Positions 26,637 to 33,801 of a stretch of 64,000 bases of DNA are shown here, in pieces; within the stretch, counting starts at the first letter, position 1; each line of letters starts with the position of its first letter. This DNA is from a virus. The stretch lies in the IMG/VR virus record IMGVR_UViG_3300013232_000047, positions 32,001-96,000 of that record. One strand, given 5' to 3'. Under the pieces are notes generated by a model that worked only from the letters and a program-made list of their open reading frames with translations, searched no databases and was not told the DNA's origin. The position numbers and the translations under genes were made by a program.

Positions 26637-26670
26637 TTTTTGGAACCTGAAAAATAGTAATTATTTCGTG

Positions 26671-26717
26671 TTGACAGTTAAAACATGTTTGAATACATTG
26701 GTTGTGTTCTTTGAAAT
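26671..26717 (+). promoter_or_regulatory. Sigma70-type promoter followed by boxA-like element
   Basis: TTGACA-17-TACATT then GTTCTTTGAAAT at 26706. Confidence 0.75.
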
Positions 26718-26721
26718 CTAT

Positions 26722-26771
26722 GTTCCGAAAGCTCTCCAAGAGCCGTGGTTTAATTCCACATCGGAACACCA
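26722..26771 (+). ncRNA. Minimal tRNA-like RNA (acceptor, one hairpin, T arm, CCA)
   Basis: GTTCCGA/TCGGAAC-ACCA; GCTC-TCCAA-GAGC; GTGG-TTTAATT-CCAC. Confidence 0.6.
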
Positions 26772-26782
26772 ATTTACGGTAT

Positions 26783-26859
26783 CGCGGGGTGGAGCAGCCC
26801 GGAAGCTCGCGACGCTCATAACGTCGAGGTCACAGGTTCAAATCCTGTCCCCGCAACCA
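26783..26859 (+). tRNA. Initiator-type tRNA-fMet(CAT)
   Basis: CGCGGGG 5' end with C1:A72 mismatch, CT-CAT-AA, canonical TTCAAAT, CCA. Confidence 0.9.
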
Positions 26860-26978
26860 ATTTTTACAGGTGTTCATTGAGGGCATAACCTAGAGTACCG
26901 AGGTGAGGGGATACTCCGTTTGTAACTGAGGAAGGGTAAGGAGTGAGCGACCTGAGACACCTGTAAGTTTTAATGCTT

Positions 26979-27063
26979 GGTCTCGTGCGCCTAACGGTAG
27001 GGCGGGGTTTACTTCCCCACGAAGTTTTACCCAGTGCTGGTTCGAATCCAGCTGAGACCACCA
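26979..27063 (+). ncRNA. tRNA-like RNA with extended non-anticodon arm
   Basis: Acceptor GGTCTCG/TGAGACC-ACCA, D arm, canonical T arm; central arm lacks a 7-nt anticodon loop. Confidence 0.65.
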
Positions 27064-27067
27064 TTTT

Positions 27068-27154
27068 GGGCGGTTAGTGACATTCAAATAGCACGTTGCG
27101 CCCCCGCAAGGGACGAGCGCAAAAGAGTCGGTGAAAAGCCGATGCCGTCCACCA
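27068..27154 (+). ncRNA. tRNA-like RNA with GCAA-capped central arm
   Basis: Acceptor GGGCGGT/GCCGTCC-ACCA; TTGCGC-CCC-GCAA-GGG-GCGCAA. Confidence 0.65.
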
Positions 27155-27215
27155 ATTTTACTTTATTTGGTAAGCGCATAACCGTTCCGCTATTTAAACC
27201 AAAGGTTGTAAATCA

Positions 27216-27472
27216 TGGGCCAAGATCATCAATTTGCCGAAAGGCACTGTAGATGTAGTCATTGAACTACTGGTGGAGGGCACCTGTAGTGCCCCCGAAA
27301 GTGCAGCGTTGTGTGACAACGCACATGGCGCTGCACACTCGATTTAGACAAGTAGTAGAGCCGTGTGGATGCGGCGACGGCACGTACCGTTGAATGCGGG
27401 TTCAACTCCCGCTACGAAAGTCTCGGTCTAAGCTCTAGATCGTAACTCAGGTGAAAGCCCTGAATGAGCCCA
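27216..27472 (+). ncRNA. Unknown structured RNA (~260 nt)
   Basis: Many hairpins, GAAA tetraloops, T-loop-like GCGGG-TTCAACT-CCCGC; no ORF. Confidence 0.5.
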
Positions 27473-27644
27473 ATTTTAGTTTGTTCTTTGAAGCGTGCAA
27501 ACAGGGTGAAGCCTGTGTCGTTCCGTTCGGGCATGGTTACTAACTCCCTTCACGCACGATCCGTTAGTGTGTCTGACGCCAGAATGGCGAAAGCTTGATT
27601 CTGGACAGTAGAGCAATGACAGCACGCTTTTGTTCTTTGAAATG

Positions 27645-28088
27645 GGGGCCGTAATGGTTTCGATTTACGAAAACTTACGGTTATGACATGTCGAGGATGG
27701 CTATCGGCCTCGTTAAGTAGTAGCCACAAGTCAAATGCTGACAACAGTGATGACAATATCCTGAACATCGACAGTTTGCTGGCTCAAGCAGAGTCCATCG
27801 TGAATAACGCGGACGAAGTGTTGGCCCAGTTTCCTGTCGAACAGGAACTTGCTGCAGCCTGAAGTGCTGTAGGCGGTGCAGTGGAGACTCCTGCTATCCA
27901 TTGTATCGCTAAACTAGCAGGGAAGTGTTCTACCGAGCACAGTCGGTGGGCTTGTCGATAAAGCTTAATCGAATCCTGCAGTTACTTTTTAGCTATTTAA
28001 AGCCTGCAGGTATAAAAATAGAGAAGCATGTGTAAGTAACCGGCGAGAGGTCGTAAAGAAAGGGGTTCGACTCCCCTCGGCTCCACCA
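27645..28088 (+). ncRNA. ssrA: tmRNA
   Basis: GGGGCCG..TTCGA 5' end, G3:U70, 3' GGGGTTCGACTCCCCTCGGCTCCACCA; tag frame 27737-27862 ending LAAA*. Confidence 0.95.
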
Positions 28089-28095
28089 TTTTTAA

Positions 28096-28222
28096 GGCTT
28101 GTGGGTCTAGAAGAGTAGGATTGCTATTAAGGGTGCTGCAACATCATGAGGCGTCCTCGGATAAGACGGCTGTAGGGTTACAGCTACAGATAAGTGAGGT
28201 TCGAATCCTCAACAAGCCATCA
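28096..28222 (+). ncRNA. tRNA-like RNA with multi-hairpin insertion
   Basis: Acceptor GGCTTGT/ACAAGCC, T arm TGAGG-TTCGAAT-CCTCA, ~70 nt structured centre, ends ATCA. Confidence 0.55.
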
Positions 28223-28435
28223 ATTTCCCGCCCGTTGCATCATAGTACAGAGCAGTACGACGGCCTAAAAACCGTATGAATAGGAGCGTAGCGAACTCTA
28301 GGGTGCCGGTATCTCGAAGTCACGAGGTCGCGGCGGGAAAGCTCTTTGAAATTTTGTGGTTGCGTTGTTGAACATAGGCTTATTAACTCACTATGTTCAG
28401 CACTATACACGCAGCCACAAAGCTCTTTGAAAATT

Positions 28436-28578
28436 TAGCGGGTCGAAATCGTTGGTTATCACCAAACTGTTTGTCGAAGGTTCGAATCCTTCTCCCGGCT
28501 CCATATGCCGGGGTAGCTCAGTTGGCAGAGCAATAGTCTTCCCGAAAGGGAATTTCCGACGGTAAACCTTATCCGCTA
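28436..28578 (+). ncRNA. yrlA: YrlA-type Y RNA
   Basis: GCGGGTCGAA..CTTATCCGC closing stem enclosing T arm, closed acceptor-like stem CCCGGC-TCCATAT-GCCGGG and D arm TAGCTCAGTTGGCAGAGC; upstream of Ro60. Confidence 0.85.
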
Positions 28579-28663
28579 TACTTTATGCAGTCAGCCTGTT
28601 CTTTGGCTACATGTTTCTTGCTTCAGTGTAGCCTAACTTTTCAGACAGGCTGACTGCGCTATT

Positions 28664-28726
28664 TTGTCGGGTCGAACGTAAAGGGTTATCTCTAAAAATC
28701 GCCCTTTGCCACCACTTACCTGACAA
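28664..28726 (+). ncRNA. Short Y RNA-like
   Basis: GTCGGGTCGAA..GGTTATC..CTTACCTGAC. Confidence 0.7.
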
Positions 28727-28732
28727 GAGCTT

Positions 28733-28890
28733 AAAAGTGTCGAGAGACCGCGTGTCGCTGGTTCAATTCCAGCCGTGTTCGCAGTAGCTCAGCGGTAGAG
28801 CAGCGCCGGAAGCGTGTGTCGCAGGTTCAAATCCTGCCTGTAAATGAACATGTAGCTCAGTGGTAGAGCAGCGAGTTCTCTCGACATTTT
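28733..28890 (+). ncRNA. Nested double tRNA-mimic RNA
   Basis: TGTCGAGAGA/TCTCTCGACA closing stem; order T arm, D arm, T arm, D arm, all with canonical GG and TTC. Confidence 0.75.
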
Positions 28891-28906
28891 TTGTCGTTTT
28901 TTCTAG

Positions 28907-28935
28907 TTGACGGAAAACACGTGATTCGATAGCTT
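28907..28935 (+). promoter_or_regulatory. Sigma70-type promoter, leaderless
   Basis: TTGACG-17-TAGCTT, ATG 6 nt downstream. Confidence 0.65.
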
Positions 28936-28941
28936 AGTCCT

Positions 28942-29304
28942 ATGAAAAGAATCTACCTAAGCAAAGCAGGTGAAGTAAGGATGCCGACTATCGACGAGCG
29001 TAGTCACTACGGAATGGCTAAAACTATTCTCGGTCCTTCTTGGGTAGGTGACACAGAAGATGCCTATACTGCTATGTGGCTGCTTGGCTGGGTGCGTGTA
29101 GCAGAATATGATGACACAGTTTACGCTGAAAAGTACATAAATGGAGAACCTGTAAAGTGGGTTGATCTTCCAAGAGCACAACGTGAATGGCTCGAAGACA
29201 GAAAGTTAGAAGGTAAGCAGGTCATGTGGAACGACACAGTGTTCGAGTCAACGCGTGAAGGAAAACAATTTGCAGGTGATATTGTTAAGGCTCTTTTGCA
29301 GTAA
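28942..29304 (+). CDS. Hypothetical protein
   Basis: 120-aa ORF; C-terminal DIVKALLQ motif. Confidence 0.7.
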   Translation: MKRIYLSKAGEVRMPTIDERSHYGMAKTILGPSWVGDTEDAYTAMWLLGWVRVAEYDDTVYAEKYINGEPVKWVDLPRAQREWLEDRKLEGKQVMWNDTVFESTREGKQFAGDIVKALLQ

Positions 29305-29320
29305 GTTACGTTTTTTCTAT

Positions 29321-29410
29321 GCCAATGTGAGCTAACCTAAAGGCTACCGCGTCCCGGAGAAAGTCTGGACAAGCGCGGCAGTGAGGGCGAAACCCCCTCC
29401 ATTGGCTCCA
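29321..29410 (+). ncRNA. tRNA-like RNA with extended central arm
   Basis: Acceptor GCCAATG/CATTGGC-TCCA, T-like arm GAGGG-CGAAACC-CCCTC, long arm capped by GAAA-containing loop. Confidence 0.6.
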
Positions 29411-29515
29411 ATTTCCGACGGGTCACCAACTTACCTGTCGGGTCAGTAAACCGCAAACGGCCCTCGCAGGGGCTTACGCGAGTTGGAGCGACTGCACAGA
29501 AGGAGGCGCAAAATT

Positions 29516-31222
29516 ATGGGCGCTATCAAGGTTAGTTCGTTAAATACTTCCCGCCAGCAGGCGCGGAACAAGAACCTCTCAGTTCAACAGCCTATTCCAG
29601 ACAAGGGGCAAGTGCTTAACAGCACGGGTGGCTACGTCTGGCAAGCCAATGACTGGGATCTGCTCACTCGGTTTCTTATTCTCGGTGTCGAGGGCGGCAC
29701 CTACTACGTGAATGAGCCGGAACTGTTGAAGAGTAACACAGAAGCCGTAAAGCGTTGCATTCATACGCACGGTGTTCGCACTGTAAAGGAAATCGTAGAC
29801 GTGTCTGTAAATGGACGTGCCTATCGTAACGATCCGGCTATCTACGCATTGGCACTGGCTACCTATCTTGGAAATCAAAAGACCACAGAGGCTGCATACG
29901 CAGCTGTTCCTAACGTGTGTCGCACCGGCACTCACCTGTATCACTTCGCCATGTACTGCGACGCCCTCCGTGGCTGGGGTCGTGGTTTGAAGAAGGCAGT
30001 GGGCCGTTGGTTTACGTGTCAGGACGCTAATCGTCTGGCCTACCAGATGGTAAAGTATCAGCAGCGGGATGGTTGGTCTGCGGCAGACTTGCTGCGAAAG
30101 TCACATCCTGTTGCCGAGGACGCTGCTCAAGATGCGGTGTTTCGTTGGGTCGTTGCTGGAATGGATTGCCTTGGTGCCCGTCAGATCAAGCGCAAGTGCG
30201 GTTCTACGGAACTGATACATGACTACGCAGACGTGACGGCACATCTGCCAAAGTTTATCGAGGTGTTTGAGAAGGCCAAGACTGCCAGTGAGAAGGAACT
30301 GGTCAAGCTCATCCTTGACCATGGTCTTCCTCGTGAGGGCGTGCCAACGGAGAAGTTGAACAGCGTCGCTGTTTGGGACGCACTGCTCCAGAAGATGCCG
30401 CTCACGGCCATGATTCGTAACCTCGGAAAGATGACCAGTATCGGGCTGTTGAAGCCGATGTCCGAAGGTTCTAAGCTGGTAAGTGAGCGCCTTCGAGACG
30501 CTGATTACCTGAAGAAGTCTCGTGTTCATCCGATGGCGGTGCTTGTTGCGTCCAAGGTGTATGCAAACAACAAGGGCTTGAAGGGCAAGCTGACGTGGAA
30601 TCATGTTCCGCAACTCCTGACTGCGCTTGATGAGGCGTTCTACGCGACCTTTGGCAACGTTGTGCCTTCGGGCAAGGATATGCTAATCGCGCTGGATGTA
30701 TCTGGTTCCATGTCCAGTGCAATTGCGGGTAGCGTGATATCTTCTGCGGAAGCTGTTGCAGCTATGTCTTTGGTTTGGGCATCTACGGAGCCGTCGGTTC
30801 ACGTGTTTGGATTTGCTAACACGTTTCGTGATCTGGGTATCCGCAAGGGTATGTCACTCGCTGAGGCAACGCGCCGGGCGCAAGACTCGAACTTCGGTTC
30901 GACAGATGTTTCGCTGGCTTACCAGTTTGCGCTTGATAACCGCATCAAGGTTGGTGGATTCATCGTAATGACGGATAACGAAGTCAATAGTGGTCGGCAC
31001 CCTGCGCTGGCTTTGCGTGAATACCGTGAGCGCTTTGTCAGCGATGCGCGTAGCGTCGTGGTTGCTACAGCTGCAACCAGATTCACGATTAACGATCCTA
31101 CAGATAAGTGGGGTTTGGATGTATCCGGGTTCGACACCTCGGTGCCGAACGTAGTCACCGACTTTATCCGTGGTGAGCACGTAAAGGCTGAAATGGATGA
31201 AGAAGTTTCGGTTGAGGATTAA
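29516..31222 (+). CDS. rsr: Ro60/Rsr TROVE-domain RNA-binding protein
   Basis: NSTGGYVW..LTRFLILG.EGGTYY, RTGTHLYHF, RGWGR, KYQQRDGWS, MPLTAMIRNLG, vWA MIDAS LDVSGSM, TDNE; AGGAGG upstream. Confidence 0.96.
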   Translation: MGAIKVSSLNTSRQQARNKNLSVQQPIPDKGQVLNSTGGYVWQANDWDLLTRFLILGVEGGTYYVNEPELLKSNTEAVKRCIHTHGVRTVKEIVDVSVNGRAYRNDPAIYALALATYLGNQKTTEAAYAAVPNVCRTGTHLYHFAMYCDALRGWGRGLKKAVGRWFTCQDANRLAYQMVKYQQRDGWSAADLLRKSHPVAEDAAQDAVFRWVVAGMDCLGARQIKRKCGSTELIHDYADVTAHLPKFIEVFEKAKTASEKELVKLILDHGLPREGVPTEKLNSVAVWDALLQKMPLTAMIRNLGKMTSIGLLKPMSEGSKLVSERLRDADYLKKSRVHPMAVLVASKVYANNKGLKGKLTWNHVPQLLTALDEAFYATFGNVVPSGKDMLIALDVSGSMSSAIAGSVISSAEAVAAMSLVWASTEPSVHVFGFANTFRDLGIRKGMSLAEATRRAQDSNFGSTDVSLAYQFALDNRIKVGGFIVMTDNEVNSGRHPALALREYRERFVSDARSVVVATAATRFTINDPTDKWGLDVSGFDTSVPNVVTDFIRGEHVKAEMDEEVSVED

Positions 31223-31251
31223 GTTCCGACAGAGGAACAGGTAGTTTACAA

Positions 31252-31290
31252 AGAGCGCCCCGGCGAAAGCTCGGGCGCTCTGTTCTATTT
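31252..31290 (+). terminator. Terminator-like hairpin after rsr
   Basis: AGAGCGCCC..GAAA..GGGCGCTCT then T-rich tail. Confidence 0.7.
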
Positions 31291-31296
31291 AAGCGT

Positions 31297-31611
31297 ATGA
31301 ACGCATCAATAAGTTTTCAGGATTGTGAAAGAAAAAGTCCGCCCGTGAATTATCCGATCATGTTTCTGGACGCTAAACCGTCTGGGATTGATCTTAAATT
31401 CAGCAAAGAAACCGATCCACGCAGCCGTCGTCCTAACGTCTACACTGTTTCTTTGACGCCAGCTGTTAAGATGGGCGAGTGGAACAATGTCGAAGGCGAC
31501 GAAGGCGACATTGAACAAGTGCAGTCTACAAAGCTTCCGCAAGGTACCCGAGTTGAAGGCATTTGGTGCGAAGCCGGGGAGCGACGCATCGTGGTGCTAG
31601 AATACGTTTGA
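31297..31611 (+). CDS. Hypothetical protein
   Basis: 104-aa ORF after TATTTAAG motif. Confidence 0.6.
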   Translation: MNASISFQDCERKSPPVNYPIMFLDAKPSGIDLKFSKETDPRSRRPNVYTVSLTPAVKMGEWNNVEGDEGDIEQVQSTKLPQGTRVEGIWCEAGERRIVVLEYV

Positions 31612-31616
31612 TTTTT

Positions 31617-31704
31617 GGAGGATTGCTAGAGTACTAATAGGCCGACCTGCTAAGTCGAGGCCGTCGTAAAAGGCGCACAGGTGGAAATCCTGTATCCTCC
31701 GCCA
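31617..31704 (+). tRNA. tRNA-Ser(GCT)
   Basis: CGAC-CTGCTAA-GTCG, long variable arm, GCCA. Confidence 0.9.
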
Positions 31705-31711
31705 TTTTAGT

Positions 31712-31789
31712 GGACCCGTAGCTCAATGTTTAGAGCACCAGACTCATAATCTGCGAGGTTGTGGGTGCGAATCTCCACCGGGTCCACCA
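31712..31789 (+). tRNA. tRNA-Ile2 or Met (CAT)
   Basis: CAGA-CTCATAA-TCTG, CCA. Confidence 0.85.
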
Positions 31790-31791
31790 AC

Positions 31792-31876
31792 GGGCACGTG
31801 GCTAAGAGGGAATTAGCAGACCCCTGAGCTTGAGAAGTTCAGAACCTTGGGAGTGCGAGTCTCCCCGTGCCCACCA
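31792..31876 (+). tRNA. tRNA-Leu(GAG), atypical
   Basis: TGAGC-TTGAGAA-GTTCA, expanded D region, short variable region, CCA. Confidence 0.75.
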
Positions 31877-31882
31877 ATTTTC

Positions 31883-31956
31883 GCCTTGCAAGCATTAAAG
31901 TGATGCAGCGCGCTTTTAACGCGCAGAACACGGAGCGTTACCGTGGCGGGGCACCA
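31883..31956 (+). tRNA. tRNA-Lys(TTT)
   Basis: GCGCG-CTTTTAA-CGCGC, CCA. Confidence 0.85.
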
Positions 31957-32413
31957 TTTCATAGTTCCAGACTCTGCTGTTTTCGGTTCCTTTTTTAGGG
32001 CTAACTTTTTCTCGGATTATTTCGTAAGAATACAGTTTGAGTGGCAACGACCATACGTGCGTTTTACATCTGTTGCAGTAGCAGCCGAACAGGACCCACG
32101 AAGGAGACCGGCGACGCCACACACCGCGTGGCTGATGAGGTGTAATGTAGCGAGGGTAAGTTATGATTTTGTCTAATTTGCTTTCGCAGTGAGCGCAAAT
32201 TAGTTTCTTTTTCTGACGTTCCAGCCATCCACGTTTCCAGAGGCGCTGGGCGGTTGAAACGCTGCGGTCGATGGCAGTGCCCACTTGTTCCCAGCTCTGA
32301 CCTCGTTCGCGAAGTTCACACATTAACTCCCAGCGCCGGGCTGAGTTTCTCCTAGCCCATGACCCGGCGTGTAATCGAAAAAGTTCGCGTTTGCTTACGA
32401 CATCTGCATTCAT
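31916..32413 (-). CDS. HTH and zinc-ribbon hypothetical protein
   Basis: GQSWEQVGTAIDRSVSTAQRL HTH; CAHC..CNRC; GTTCTTTAGTTAAG upstream. Confidence 0.65.
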   Translation of the reverse strand: MNADVVSKRELFRLHAGSWARRNSARRWELMCELRERGQSWEQVGTAIDRSVSTAQRLWKRGWLERQKKKLICAHCESKLDKIITYPRYITPHQPRGVWRRRSPSWVLFGCYCNRCKTHVWSLPLKLYSYEIIREKVSPKKGTENSRVWNYEMVPRHGNAPCSAR

Positions 32414-32454
32414 ACTTAACTAAAGAACAAACACCCCGCCGTTGCGCAATATTT

Positions 32455-33003
32455 ATGAACATGCTGGAACAACCAGTTTTGGTGCTAAATGCCTATTGGC
32501 AACCATTGGATGAAATCACAGTAGAGGCTGCTTTGTGCAATCTGTGCAAAGGATCTCTGCGTGGTATCGACACGACAGCTATGCGTGCCGTCCTGTGGGC
32601 TGAATGGCTTACCCTCCCTATCAGATCGAATGACCAGTCTATTCGGTCTATTCGAGGTGTTGTGCGCATTCCACGTGTCACTGTGGCGTTTTACGAAGGG
32701 ATGCCAGAGCGGATGCCACGAACAATTGCGGAGCGTGACAACTACATTTGCGCCTACACAGGTGAGCATTGTCCGCCACATATCGGCTCGGTGGATCATA
32801 TCGTGCCTCGGGATCAAGGAGGCTCCAATGACTGGATGAACAAAGTGTGGTCACGCCGGGATGTTAACAACAAGAAGAGCAACAGGACGCCTGCCGAGGC
32901 TGGTTTAAAGCTGCTTCGGCCACCGCGTAAGCCTAAGCCTATCAAGGCATGCCTGAAGATTAAGGCAAAGCATCCGGAGTGGGCTTTGTTCACCTACGTT
33001 TGA
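32455..33003 (+). CDS. HNH endonuclease (McrA-like)
   Basis: VLVLNAYWQP, RDNYICAYTG, SVDHIVPRDQGG, NNKKSNRTPAEAGL. Confidence 0.9.
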   Translation: MNMLEQPVLVLNAYWQPLDEITVEAALCNLCKGSLRGIDTTAMRAVLWAEWLTLPIRSNDQSIRSIRGVVRIPRVTVAFYEGMPERMPRTIAERDNYICAYTGEHCPPHIGSVDHIVPRDQGGSNDWMNKVWSRRDVNNKKSNRTPAEAGLKLLRPPRKPKPIKACLKIKAKHPEWALFTYV

Positions 33004-33342
33004 CATGTAAACGTAAACACGCGCAAGTGGCACAAAAAGTCACTTGCGCGTTTCGTCTGTACACACTAGATTGTATACGTGGACATCAATGCAACATCTC
33101 GTGGTTGTCAGTGCGAGCTCTGCCACCCAAACTGGTATTTGGGATGGGATGGCGGCTTTACGCCTAATCAACCTGAAACTTTTCCTGTTTTAAAGCGGGA
33201 AGAGGAAGGGGACGAAGCGCTTGTTACCAGATCGGCTCAAATGAGTCCGGTAATGGCAAACTAAAAATCCGACCTCTTAGGCCGGGTGTGCTAGCAAGTG
33301 TGGGGGAACCTTTGTCTTTAAACTACCTTTGATAGTTAAGGC

Positions 33343-33801
33343 ATGAGTAGCGAACAGATTGTCCGCCGTTTACTGGGCGAGAGTGACATGACTTTTACGA
33401 CGCGGCTTAAGCAGCGCACAGAAGTCGATGTCTATCATAGCTCGGAGTGGGTGGACGGAAATGCTGAGGTATTAATCGAGTGGTCATTACAGCTGGACGT
33501 CCGCTCTTTCGGCATTAAATCCTTCGATGTAACTGTGAACAAGGTCACTGCTTACATGTGGCTTATAGACGAGCTGGATAGAGAGCATCAAGAGGTTATT
33601 ACGGTTCCGTCTGTAGCACCTGAAGCACCTGCTGAGGGCGATATTCGCGGGGAGCTTTTGCACTATGGAAGACCGGACGATTATAAAATCGTAACCAAGT
33701 TTAATACGCGGGAGGCCGGTAGTAACGATTACATGTTGGGTGTGATGCCGCTCCACGCTGAGATTGATATGCGTAAACGGCGCATCGAAATTTCCTTTTG
33801 A
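33343..33801 (+). CDS. Hypothetical protein with IVRRLLGE leader
   Basis: 152-aa ORF after TAGTTAAG motif. Confidence 0.7.
   Translation: MSSEQIVRRLLGESDMTFTTRLKQRTEVDVYHSSEWVDGNAEVLIEWSLQLDVRSFGIKSFDVTVNKVTAYMWLIDELDREHQEVITVPSVAPEAPAEGDIRGELLHYGRPDDYKIVTKFNTREAGSNDYMLGVMPLHAEIDMRKRRIEISF

Noticed and set aside
27160-27630. Group I/II intron, RNase P RNA or rRNA fragment
   Set aside because: I could not find the conserved cores of these families; left as unknown structured RNA
13983-27768. Many 60-150 aa ORFs overlapping tRNAs and tmRNA (e.g. 13983, 14168, 16852, 18383, 24506, 26340, 26864, 27550)
   Set aside because: Shadows of RNA genes with no protein motifs
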